Both the position numbers and the translations under genes were made by a program. The notes beneath the pieces are model-generated. The model was not told where the DNA came from, made no database searches, and saw nothing but the letters and a program-made list of their open reading frames with translations. A stretch of 64,000 nt of DNA from Cystobasidiomycetes sp. EMM_F5 (Eukaryota), in contig JBPGPT010000011.1 of assembly GCA_051047955.1 (NCBI GenBank), positions 186,001 to 250,000 of the forward strand. Direction: 5' to 3'. Shown piece by piece: positions 1-12,362 of this stretch (its first letter is position 1; each line of letters opens with the position of its first letter).

Positions 1-1717
1 GCCGAGACTTCGTTTTGAAAGTCGACTTCGGATACAGGCGGGCGTACGTCGTGTGAGTGCAGCTTCTTGGCCGTCAAGGGGTGATGTAGTCGAAGAAACA
101 TCTTGTCCGTCACGTAGGTTACGTCACTCGATATCTGAGGATCAGTGTCTTTGCCAATTTGCTGCGTTTCGTTTAGCACGATCCACTCATTGTTCTCGTC
201 TCTGTGAGGGTACAAGGTAACCTGTTGTTCTGCAGTGCCCGATGCATTGGTTTAGTCGTAAAAGCAAAGCACTATCTCATTGCATTAACTCACGCTTGCT
301 TCCGCCGGGATAGCTGTGAGGGTGTGAATGTAAATATCCACCCTGAGTATGCAGGTGCTTAATCGTAATGCGAGAACCGAGAACAACGTCGGCGTATGTA
401 TCTGGCATGCCATGACCTCGAAGAGTGTGCTGAAACTCGGACGACATGAAGCCATCCCCATCGCCAGACTGGCCAAGTACAGCGAAATGCACAGCAAACC
501 AAAACATGTATACAAAGAGTGGAAGTCCAATGAGGCATACCGCCCTTGCGACAAAATGTCTTCCAAGGGTGCGCATCGAAATTCTAGTGTCTCCCAGCAG
601 AGACCACAACTGTTCCAGCGTCGCCAGTCCGACTGTGGCTATGGTGAAGAGGCCAACCCATTTGCACGACAGGGTTGCACCGAGGCACAGTCCAGTCAAC
701 GCCAGCCATGCCCACCAGGTACGACTGAATGGACCGTACATGGAGGATCCAGCTCGCCGACCGTCTTCGGCTGTAAAGCCCACCCAGAAAAAGGTCGTAA
801 GGCCAGTAAAGAGCAGCAGCGGGGAATCGAGAAGGATGAAGCGAGACTGTGTAATGAGACCATTCTCAAAGGTGAGCAGAAGGGCAGCGAGTAAGGCGGT
901 TGCTGCGCGGCACCCTAGAGCCCTGAGAGATAGGTATGCAACGGGTATCAACGCAATGCCCATACACGCCGGTAGGAGGCGCATGGCAATATAAGGGACA
1001 TGATCTGCGACGTAGTCTTTTCCGATGTCCTTAAAATCGAAATCGCCTCTGTAGCCAGCAAACCAGGCTGTGAAGGTAAGAAGCATTTTGGCCAGCGGGG
1101 GATGCACATCCATGAAGAATTTGCCATTGATGTATTTGGAAGCAAAGCCTGTGTGTACGAGCGCGTAAGGATGAGTCTACTGGCTTGTCTGGCAGCTGGC
1201 ACTGACCTCCGAAATGCACCTCGTCAAACACGACGCTCGAAGGTCTGTCGAGCCGCCATAGACGCACGACACTGGCGAGGAGCGTAACCACGACGAGCAG
1301 CTTGAACTCGCCCTGACCGACCACGCCCAGTCCACCGCCATAATCGCGTAAAGGACCTCCGGCATTTGGCTTGAGCTTGCCTTTCCCTCTATCGCCCTTG
1401 TAGGCGCCAGACGTAACCCAACCACTCGCCAGCCCTTTGCCGTCGCTGCCGTTAATGCTGGCATCGAGCTTTGTCGCTGCCGTTGCTGACCCAAATGGCC
1501 GTGAAGCTGGCGCAGCGTACGGGACTGCCGCTGGGGCTACGGGAAACATATTGTGCTGCCTCTTTTCGTCCTTTGCGTCGTAGTCGTCGTCGTCGTTTGC
1601 ACCATCTCTGGCGTTCCCGTCGCTGCTCGTCCAGTACTCTGATGCCCCGACAGGCTGCGACCCATTGGCAACTCCTCTGTTTCTGGCTCGAGCTCCAGTG
1701 AGCGACGTCGCTGCCAT
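1..1717 (-). CDS. PMT1: Dolichyl-phosphate-mannose protein O-mannosyltransferase, PMT1 subfamily (3' end runs off window start; intron-containing)
   Basis: Spliced ORFs 1031-1717 and 277-1113 give [55 protein letters not shown] and the MIR-domain GGYLHSH motif; [11 protein letters not shown] is typical of the PMT1 subfamily. Confidence 0.9.
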
Positions 1718-2524
1718 ACTGTTTCGAGACGGGGCTCAGTTCAGCTGCCAACAGCCTTCGCCGTCAGAGGTCGGGGCAGGCTCAGTACGCGTCGCTGGCA
1801 GATCAAACGTGCAAACAACTTGAACATGTTTAGGCACAAAGGGCTGAACTCGAAGACCTCGAAAGGCCAAAGTGCTGCGCCAAAGCTGGAGCGAGGTATG
1901 GATTTCGTTACACGGTAATGACGATATCCTGCGCACCCTCTACGATAATCATGCCAATCGTGCTAATCAACAAATCGGAGCTTGGACCGTATTTACTAGA
2001 GATGACGCAGACGCGCAAGACTTGAAACAGCTGCACTACCATTATGGGCTGACGTCGCGTTGTCTAACGTGTCTGCCTACGATTCTAGGATATTGCTCCG
2101 CGTCCGTTGCGGAGTTGACTGACCCGGAATTGGGAACGCCTGTCGAAATGCCACGATCGAGAAAGTTGGATGTGCTGACAGCTGATTTATCTCTCCGACC
2201 TGCAATAAGTCATGGCTGACACTCTGCCGTCCGAGCACTGCTCCAAGCTTCTCCTCGACTCGCCGTGGCGGCAGTGAGCGCGTCCAAGCTTTCGACTTCT
2301 TGAGACCTGCTGGCTCGGGAAGCCTTGTTGTGCACAGCACAGGGAGGAGGAAAGAAACGAAACAGACGGCTAGAGGAAGCAGCCACAGCTTGGCTTCCGC
2401 AGCACTGCAGACCGGACATCAACAGCAAGGGCAAGAACCACGACCGAGAGCGTAAAGCAAAACATTGTCGACTGCCGACGTATGCAACACATCAAAGCAG
2501 ATGCTTGTGCCGTTCGTGACTGGC

Positions 2525-4237
2525 ATGTCAGATGACACAGAGGTGACGCAGGGTCTCATAAGACTTGCGTACGTACTACAACGGCAGTAGCCATGGAGCA
2601 CAATACTGACAGAGTCTTTGTTGTCTTAGAATCGGACCCCTATTTACAGGATGGTGAGTGCTGAAGAGACATTGCACTACGAAAGGCAGGAAGAGCTGAG
2701 AGGTGTGCCCGCAAACCTCTTCCATCTATCTGCCGCCAGGCTTTTGCAGGTGTTCATCACTGGAATGTGTATCCAACCGGCGTTGCGTCATCTATTTCGA
2801 GTGAATCGCACAAAGATCAGCCAGCTCGACAGCAGTCATCAGCGCCATCTCGAGCGAGAGAGTCGACATCCTCCTCATGTCCGTATCATACTCGCTATCG
2901 TTTCCATCCTCAACATTCTCGTTACATGCTGCACTTTCTACCAAGTCACGTGGGTAGCTTCCTGTATACCACTTACAACGCGCTCCATCCTCGGTTTGCT
3001 GACTGCCTTTTGTTTCAGGTGGTGGGGCTCTCTGCAAATCATGACTGCAGATGATCTTTGGGCTTTTACGATCGTAGATGCCTTTTTACCTATTCCTTCT
3101 GCCCTCGTTGGGGCTCTCGTTCAAACATTTTTCGCACTTCGCGCGTGGAAGGTGCGTCTAATCTCCGCCGTACAGACTGAATTCGTGTTTGGTCACTGAC
3201 TCCTTCACTGCGACCCCATCCACAGCTTCTGAAACGCAACTATTTCTTCCTGGTGTTCATCGGCGCCTGTATATTGACAGGCCTATCCGGTGCTTTTGCG
3301 ACAGCAGCTTTCTCGCGTACGTCCGGCGAATCTGAGCCACGTCGATCTCACTGATGTCTACCATCTTGCGTTTCCATCTTTAGTCATGATGCCATCAGAC
3401 CTGTCCGAAAACTATGACAAGATATATGTGGCCGTTGAAGTCTGGCTGGTGGGATCAGCGGGGACGGACGTCATTGTTGCAGGTGTTCTCATCGTGGCTC
3501 TTCTTCTGTTCCGGACCAAGTTCGATAGTCGTACCGACAGCGCTATACTTCGCGTACGTTCGAATCCACTTGCAGCTTTGAGTAATGTTACATTCTCACG
3601 CCTATCATCAGTGTATCAGTCTGGCTTTCGAGACAGCGGCTTTGACTGCAGTCTTTGCCCTCGCCGGTGCCATAATATACCACATAACCAAAGACTACAA
3701 TAGCGCCAATGTCTATTATGCTCTCCAATACCCAATGCCGGCTCTATGTGAGATGAGAAAAGTCTTGCTGGCACTGCATTTCGCTGACTTGGACTTGGAA
3801 ATGCTGTACTCTCAAAAGATACCTTCTCATACATATACTGCCTCGACACCGTCATGGAGTCCAGGAAGCGCCGCGCAGAAGACACTGACCCCAGTGCCAA
3901 TCTCGTTGGTGTATTCTCCGACTCCCGCAGTGGCAAGAAGGCGTGCCAGCCAAATGCCTGCAAGTGCGGCAAGGTGGAATGTCTAGAGAAGGTGGCCGAA
4001 TTCGATAAGCTACCAGACTTTCCGCAATTGCGGGACGGTGGGAATGCAACGAGTTTGTATCATCAGACCATAACTCAGACGAGCGGTGATCATCGGCAGA
4101 GACGGCACATCATCGATACCGTCAAGCTCCCACAGAATACGAATAACGCTGGATTGGATGTAATGCCGACTCTACACACAATCGAAGTCTTACCGACTGC
4201 CGATGAACAAAGCCCGCAGGATTCAACAAAAGACTGA
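2525..4237 (+). CDS. Multi-pass membrane protein, DUF6534-like, multi-exon
   Basis: Hydrophobic exons LVQTFFALRAW, WLVGSAGTDVIVAGVLIVALL, TKFDSRTDSAI, AFETAALTAVFALAG separated by GT-AG introns; this pattern is typical of basidiomycete DUF6534 proteins; hydrophilic C-terminal tail to the stop at 4237. Confidence 0.6.
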
Positions 4238-4428
4238 GAGAAGAATACGGTGTAGCAAATGATAAGTAGAACTCAGTAAGTAGGGTCATTTGCAGTAGCG
4301 ACGTAAAACCCACACAATGCACATATGTACATATTGAACGAACAGCAGTAGATGAAGTAGTGTGACAGCGGACAATCCCTCATGGTATACTAAGCTACAT
4401 TGGTTTGCTACAGCATGACCACGACACA

Positions 4429-5809
4429 TCAAGTGACTTGCTTCTCGGTACTTGTGACAGCCAGATACAAAAAATGCAATAGTGCTTGATTCTGCACGAC
4501 ACCGCCTGGGTAATTGTTAGGATGCACTTTGAACTGTAAGGCTGGAGAAAAGTACATCGAGATGAGCTTGATCCCCTCTAACGAAGAAAAGCTCCAACTG
4601 ACCCTGATAGCCTTCCCAAATTCGCCCGAAATCGAAAAAGTGCAGTTGTTCCTGTCTCGCAACATGCTCTTGCATACTTCGGATCTGTGCAACTCGTACA
4701 TCTGTAAAGAAATTGGCGAATCCTAGCCGCTCTTGTCCGGACGTCCAATCAGTACTCGCGTCGGGAGACGTCGGCCTGTGAAGACCTCGATACACAATAG
4801 GTACGCCTGGCCAGGTCTTTTTGATTTTACGTATAACTGAGACCATCCGGTCGATCCACCAGTGCATTCGCTCGAGTGTAAGTGGTGTCTCGGTGCTCTC
4901 CCCATTCCGCTTGTCCATCCTTCCAAAGTATGCGCAGTCCCATAGTCCCGAGTGGAGCTGTATGAGCGTTGGAGGATGTACGAGCTGGTCCGCCACCGGT
5001 TTGCATAGCTGGTCAATGCGATCTTCTGCCTTGCCCGGTCCATGCCAGTCAATCTGCTGAGAGAAGTCGTCATGATCGTCCTGTTAGACACGCCATGTGT
5101 TAGTCTGTTGATGTATTGCCTTCCGTCACGGCTTCAAGCTCAAAACTCACCAAGCCGTAAAAGAAACAATTCGCAAATGTTGTGTGTAGCGGTGCGGGCA
5201 CTTCGACGACATGTGCCAGACTCCGCTCGTCCCAGCCAGGCGGTCGTGAATCCTTAATGTCCTTGTATGCTCCGATTCTAACAGGCAAGTGAAGATTTTC
5301 GCCCATGAACTGTACGATATTTCTGTCTACGCTGTCTCCAATGAGCAAGACTGTAGCGTTGGCGAAGTAAGCAGCTTGCTGAAGCGTCTTGCGCTGCTGA
5401 AGAAGCAGTCGAGACTCTTCTGGTGCGATTACGTTCCGGATAGCCGACAACCAGTCTGGGGAAGGTTTCTGAGACATGGGAAGCAGGAAGGAGGTTGCAC
5501 TTGGGCTGAATGGGATCCATGACGACTCCAATGGATGGCTGTCATCATAACTTAAGTAGCCGGGTGCACTAAAAGGATCACGACTCCTCCAGTCATGGAC
5601 AGACGATGCCTGCCAGTTACGAAATGATGGAAACTTGCCGATGGGCTCGCTGCAGAGTGGACAGTCAGTATGATGTGCTTATTGAAGATACCGACATACA
5701 AGAGCCAAATGCCAGCCAGAATGAGAAAGCATGCTACAGGTATCAACCTCAGACGGGCAGTCGGTTTAGGAAGGGAGGCGTCCGAACGCAGGGATGCGAT
5801 GGCAGCCAT
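4429..5809 (-). CDS. Type II membrane SGNH/PC-esterase-like protein (CAS3/CAP64-like), multi-exon
   Basis: N-terminal TM helix (LIPVACFLILAGIWLLYV), LLIGDSVDRN block, HSGLWD block and C-terminal D-KVHP motif after splicing. Confidence 0.55.
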
Positions 5810-6392
5810 CCAGAAATGACCGTACTGACATCAAGCATACGAGTGGAGCTGAGCAAGTCTGCGTTCTCAGCGCCAAGTCTCATTCGAGGCTACGGCATTT
5901 CTTCAGGAACCGGATAGTAGGTGATCCTTCCGCATCTGGCGCAGCTTTTGGGTACACAGGCGAGCGCCTGCGCATCTAAAGGCGCACAAATGTACTTTGG
6001 ACTGGGATGGGTTTGCGCACGATGTCCTTGAGACACCGATATAGAATGCTTGTAAATCGCACTGCCAACACCTCAAGGTGTCCGTAACACTGATCATGAC
6101 TTTGGAGCAAACGCAAGGTACAGTGAGCCCACGCTGAGACGAAATGGATGGAGGTGACTGATGCTTATTAGACTGATTGCCTGCCGAAGTCGCCTGCTCG
6201 TCCATTGTTCAATCAGAGCGCAACACAGAGTGGATGCGTAGAATTGATCGTACTGGTACACTGCGAGCGGCAGCTCCCTTGCACTCCTGCGTCAATGACA
6301 ATACCTTCTCTAACAATTTTGTAACGTGTGCACGTAGGTCTGGATTTATATGGCAAGGTATCAAAGAGAAGTAACGCAATTGCAGTCAGTAG

Positions 6393-6476
6393 CAGTTTCA
6401 CGCAATGGCATCGTCGTACATGGTAGTGAAAAATCAGTTTCACGCAATGGCATCGTCGTACATGGTAGCGAAAAAT
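6393..6476. repeat. 42-bp tandem duplication (2 copies, 1 mismatch)
   Basis: cagtttcacgcaatggcatcgtcgtacatggtagYgaaaaat at 6393-6434 and 6435-6476. Confidence 0.95.
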
Positions 6477-6518
6477 CGAGTATCGCGGTCACACCACAAG
6501 ATCACTTTTCATCTGTGT

Positions 6519-9405
6519 TTAAAAGCCCTTCCTAAAGAAGGCCATAGCTTTATACCGATTCGACTGGAGGGCTTTAGCGAAGCCCCCATTCTCTCGCTGT
6601 GTAAAATTGCCGGAAGCATGTCGGTGACCGCCGCTGCCTGCCGTGGGGCCGTTAAGGCAAGTAGACGTGCCCGACACCCCAAGACTCAGTTGATCCCAAG
6701 GGTTCGCAGAAGTGCTGCCACTGCTACCCGACATGCTAGTCCCGCTTCGACTACTGAGGCTCAGGGTGGATCCATTGTTCTCTGTATGCCATGCCAATGT
6801 CCCACGAGGCATGCTCATGTTAGTGTGTCCAGGTGACATCAGTGAATAGGTCAACTCACGCCTGTTCAGAGGTGTCGACACGCTGGCCTTACTGGGGGCA
6901 CCTGGGGTTTGGAAATCGCAGCGTGAGTAGATTCGCACAGTCGAAGGGATCCACACTAACCGCCAGTCATGACTACTTGTTGTTGACCACCTGGCGCGCC
7001 GTGCAATCAATTGGTGTCCGGAATGTGAGAGGAGTGTACTTACCTGTTTGATGTGGCATGCTTGGGGATGGCTGATCAGACGGGACTAAGTCATGAGACG
7101 CGCCTGCAGTATGTATGACACTCGACTCGCCTGAGGGTTGTTGGGTTGCTGGGCAGGATGTGGAGATGTTGCTTTTGGAGATAAGAGAGACAGGTCAGCA
7201 GTAATTGTGGTTTCAAATACGGTGGAAATCATCACCGCCTGGCACTGCAACCGGTTGTGGTGCGCGTACGTGACCTTACTTTTCACTTTCGGCCGTATGC
7301 CGATTGCCACCTTGGGTTCCCATCGCATCAGGTCGAGGTCTCATGATGGCCTAGATAGCAATTTTCAGCTTGAACGCCAGCAGGCCTCTATTTCTGCGAT
7401 AATTAAGAGTAGCCTGAGTAGCGTGCCACTGCTGTAGGTAGTCCGGACCTATCCATCCGCGTATACCGGTTGTGCGGGAGACCAGCCGCTAACAATCAGC
7501 CAAATCTTCGACAATTCCCGTCACAGAGGGAGGTTCACTTGTGTATTATATATCGATGCAATTGCCCATCAGCTTGATTTGGAAAAAGAACGATAATATT
7601 GGCATGCTAGACCATGCGCTTGTAATTCACATCGAACAGAGTATGAGATGATATCACCGAAATGCATTGCAAGACAGATATTGATCAGCAACTACCAACA
7701 CCTAGTAGCGCAGGCCGAGCGAACGGCGCAATCTTCCAGCCCTATATTTGTTTGTCGCAGGTAGCAAGTAAGGGTTCCCGGCGCTGATGTCGACGTAGGC
7801 TTGACAAAGACAAGAGCTTCAGCATGTTGTTGGCTCATCAAGCCACGGAGCAGGCTGACGTACGCATGAAGGTTTCATGTGGAATGCCTTGGGAAGTGCG
7901 GCGGCTTGAACTGCCCGTACTACCGTTGTGAACCGAGTAATTGGACGAAACAGACGCGACTGAGGATCGTCGACGCTGTCCAGACACTGCAGCTGAATGA
8001 CCAGAACACTCAGCTTAGACGCGACCCACATTATCGTGAGATCAGATGACGCATATACTCACCAGAGGACATGATGTTGGCGAGGGCAGTGGAGCTCGAA
8101 AACTGTTCAATTGGTGAGTATCCGCTATGTCTGAGCTGTTGGAGTGTAGCCAGGTAGCCTGCGGGCTCCAAAAGCCATCCCGGAGTGTGCCTCGCCTGCC
8201 TGCCTTTGCGGTGCCCGAGCATTAATATTGAAGGGCGAGGCGAGTCAGTGGCACCAAGACAGCAGTGGACATCGAAAGGATGGGTGGTCGATATCGCTGA
8301 GACGCGCATAACCGTTCGCGGAACTTTATGGTTTCAGCTCGTTTGAACTTCAGCTAGATGACCCTCCGTGTACAAATTACGCCTAGATGAATTTTCAGCT
8401 CGATCAGCTCGGAATTTGATATGCCCTCAGCCTAAAGAACAGCCGCTCCAGCGCGTCTGGTCAGCGGTCATAGTGCGTCTGCCAGTAGTACAAGACGCGA
8501 TTGTCGACCAAGTGACAGTCATGTAAGTGACAATCATCGACAAGGCAGCAGTCAGCGAAAAGGGTTCTTGCTCGCACTACAGTGGTCGATGGATGGTGCA
8601 GTCTAGGCATGTGCACGGAGAGACAAGAGCTATGAAAGCCCCAAGGACTTCTTTAGGCGATCTCGTGCAGCAATTCTCCTTCGCCTATCCGCGTTCACAT
8701 AAGGGTTCGAAGCTAAAATCTGGACCAAAACTAAAGGAGTCCAGGTCAGAGCGCTCAGTAACGTTCATCAAACGATGCAAGATCTGCGAAGTTTCTCACC
8801 ACGATCGTCGGGTCGAATATAGAAAGGACGAGTATTCGTGCGGGACGCACTTGATGATCCGTGCGGGCCACTTGAACTGGTCGAATAGATGGAGCTTAGT
8901 GAGGTAGTCGAAGGAGTCTGCCGCAAGCTGTTCCCCTGCAGTGCAGTTTCTGCGGCAACATCATGAAACGATTACTCGTCAGAATTGCTCGTGCTAGCCA
9001 GTCGACTAGCTCACGATTTCCGGGTGGCAGTCCTGGATTGTGCGCAGTCGTCAGATAGTGCTCGGCAGACTTGGTATGAATATGCTCAGCTTACTGTTTG
9101 ACATGGTCCTTGCAGGATCGAATAATGAACTCCAAGGTGTGGATGCGGAGTTGCATGAGCGCGTAGGGCACACACCCGTCTGTCTCTGCCAGCTCGAGCG
9201 AGTACAATGTTCCATGCGAGGCGAAGACGAGGCAGTCCTGGGAGTCTCGTCAGAGGTCGACGGAACAAAGGGCAGTGCGACGGAAGTGGGACATATCGCA
9301 ACGCGGTCGCAATTAACGCGCATGAACCGCGAAAGTCGGCGGATTACTTGGAAAGATCAAACGCGACTGTCAGAGGGGACGTTTTCAGCGTCTCTCACTG
9401 GACAT
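6519..9405 (-). other. One or two poorly conserved multi-exon hypothetical genes, possibly degenerate
   Basis: Repeated minus-strand donor/branch/acceptor signals bound short coding-like exons (e.g. ALIATALRY|DCLVFASHGTLYSLELAETDGCVPYALMQLR; QLAADSFDYLTKLHLFDQFKWP); Ser-rich terminal ORF ends at 6519. No clean full-length splice was found. Confidence 0.35.
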
Positions 9406-9716
9406 CCAGTCGAGCCCGTGTTGACGTTTCAGCTCGTTTAGTTTGGAATGCTATTACGCGCTTTCGGCGGCATAGGTGAACAGAGCTGCACTTAGCAGAC
9501 GGACGACATATCACCGTCTGCAGCAAGATGAACCATAGTCATCCACATTGTGCAAGTAACAAATCAAGAGCTAACTTAAATCAAATCTTTGCCAACCCAC
9601 TCACTTGTCAGTCGATCGTACTTGAGCCAAACCCACCACCCAGCCTCCTGTCAGCTCTTGACCACACTGCTGACGCTGCACTGCACTGCTGCTGGGACAC
9701 TGGCTACTCGACAGCC

Positions 9717-12021
9717 ATGGGTGCCGCCATTTCGAGCTGCTGCGGCTTGCGTGGGTCGCCGTGGACTTGGTTATTGGCGTCGAGCAAGTTTGGCTGATAT
9801 TTGGATGGTGGATCCCATATCATTATCTGACGTCGACAGGCGGGCCACGGTCGCAGAACTATGAGCCACTCCTACTCGACAGCGAACGGGACGCAGTCGC
9901 AGACTTGCTCCAGTATCTAGAGAGTAGGTCGAGTCCTCGTTCGAATGGCACGCGCAAACCCGACACGAAACGAGCGAGAGATGGGGGATGATAGACTCAG
10001 TCTACTATACACGGTCACGCTTTGAAACAGCAACTGACGCGCGCTCTATGATGTACTCTTGCAGACCGGGCTGAAACAAACTTCTTTGCTGGCGACCCGC
10101 TGCGCTCGTTGTCGACCCTATCGTACTCTGAAAACGTCGATTTACAACGCAGTGCAGCATTGGCATTTGCAGAAATCACGGAAAAGTGCACATCCGTCAA
10201 TTGAGTACAGCAAACAGCGACTGATCCGTTCACTGCAGGGACGTTCGCGAGGTCGGAAGAGATACCCTAGAGCCGGTAATGTTTCTGCTGCAATCGCACG
10301 ACATGGAGGTACAACGAGCCGCAAGTGCTGCACTCGGTAACCTCGCAGTCAACGGTATGCTAAGATACAAGTTGCCCGCCCCACCCATCCTCTGACCGTT
10401 TCATCCTGCTCTGCAGCCGATAACAAGATCAACATTGTCCAGCTAGGCGGACTGGAGCCACTCATACGTCAGATGCTGTCGCAGAATGTTGAAGTACAGT
10501 GTAATGCCGTTGGGTGCATCACAAACCTCGCTACGCACGACATCAACAAGACCATTATCGCAAAGAGTGGAGCATTGGTTCCCCTGACGCGGCTCGCAAA
10601 GAGCAAAGACATGCGGGTACAAAGGAATGCTACGGGTATGCTTCTCCTTTCGCTATGGCTTTGCCGTAATCACATCCGACTGAGCTGTCTTGATCAGGCG
10701 CGCTGCTAAACATGACACACTCCGACGAAAACCGGACCCATCTCGTCAATGCTGGTGCAATTCCTATCCTCGTCCAACTTCTCACCAGCCCAGACACAGA
10801 CGTGGAGTACTACTGTACAACTGCCATCTCCAATATTGCTGTAGACGGTAAGGAAAGCTACATCTAACGTCTCACGTCGACTTTACTGATCCTGCCATCT
10901 GCCATCGTTAGCACAAAGCCGCCGGCGATTAATGCAAGCAGAGCCAAAACTCGTTGCGTACCTTATCGCATTGATGGAATCGGTGTCTGTCAAAGTACAA
11001 TGCCAAGCGGCTCTGGCACTCCGTAATCTTGCATCAGACGAAAAGTACCAAATTGAAATTGTACAGAAGCACGGCTTGGATCCTCTCCTCCGCCTCTTAA
11101 AGTCTCCATACCCTCCACTCATCCTCTCTGCCGCGGCGTGCGTTCGCAACGTATCTATACATCCCCTAAACGAGTCTCCTATCATCGACGTTGGCTTCTT
11201 GGAGCCGCTTATTGCGTTATTGGGACAACAGGACAGCGAGGAGATTCAGTGCCATGCTATCTCGACACTACGTAATCTGGCGGCAAGTAGCGAAAAGAAC
11301 AAGATGGCTATCGTTAATGCCGGAGCAATCGAGAATATCAAGCGCTTGATTTTATCCGTACCTCCAAGCGTACAAAGCGAAATGACTGCATGCATCGCCG
11401 TACTGGGACTCAGTGGTGAGTATCATGCTCCACAAGCGTAATCTAGGGACACCGACTGAGAGTACCCTTTTTTCTGTAGACGACATCAAGAACACCCTAC
11501 TAGATGGCAAGATTTTAGACGTTCTTATCCCATTGACAGCTTCAGATAGCGTCGAGGTACAAGGCAATGCTGCTGCTGCGATTGGCAACCTGTCTGCGAA
11601 AGCGGACGACTACGCGAGGTTCAACGATGCCTGGTCAGAGCCGGACGGTGGTCTTCAGGGCTATTTGACACGCTTCATGGCATCTCCGGATCGTACGTTC
11701 CAGCATATCGCAGTTTGGACGATTGTGCAGTTCCTCGAAGGAAACGACGAGGGATTGAAAGAGTCGGTGCGCAAATCCGAAGGGCTCAAATCGCTCGTCA
11801 ACACTCTTATTGCTGCTGGAGAGGAGGAGTCTGCTGCAAAGGAGGCAAACCCGCCACAAAGACAATCGGGAGAGGTCAAAATTCCCGAAGGAAACGAAGT
11901 GAAACCATCCGACTCGGTCTCACAGAATGGCTCAATTGGCTCGGACGATGACTATGCGGAGAATGGCGAAGCCGAGATTCCCCAGTTGGCAAAACGTATT
12001 GCAGAGTTGCTCGAACCTTGA
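9717..12021 (+). CDS. VAC8: Vacuolar armadillo-repeat protein Vac8
   Basis: [10 protein letters not shown] acylation N-terminus, [99 protein letters not shown]. Confidence 0.96.
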
Positions 12022-12362
12022 GCCTGTCCATGATTTCCTCGCTAGCACACAATCATGATTATTCAGATTGACGCCCCGTTAGCGAAGTTCCGTTCGAGTA
12101 TGACGACACGCATGTTTATCGTTGTTGCCCAAATTTCCGCTGTACGAATACTACCGCCTTCCGTTGTCAATATCTACAAGTGTCCTTTATACAATTACTG
12201 CACCACGTATTCTATATCGTGTATTCGAGCTATCTTTGAGAGCATGTATAATACAGCCAGCGAGTTGCTGGTGTTGACTGCGATGCTGCTTGTACTGATA
12301 GTCGTGTGTGGTCGAATACGTCTCATGAGCTGGGCGACTGCGGTAAAGAAGACGCTGCTTTC

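Noticed and set aside
6393..6476. Direct repeat as a possible CRISPR array
   Set aside because: Two adjacent copies without spacers, eukaryotic context, no cas genes.
9495..9521. 8-bp inverted repeat gcagacgg/ccgtctgc upstream of VAC8
   Set aside because: Too short to distinguish from chance.
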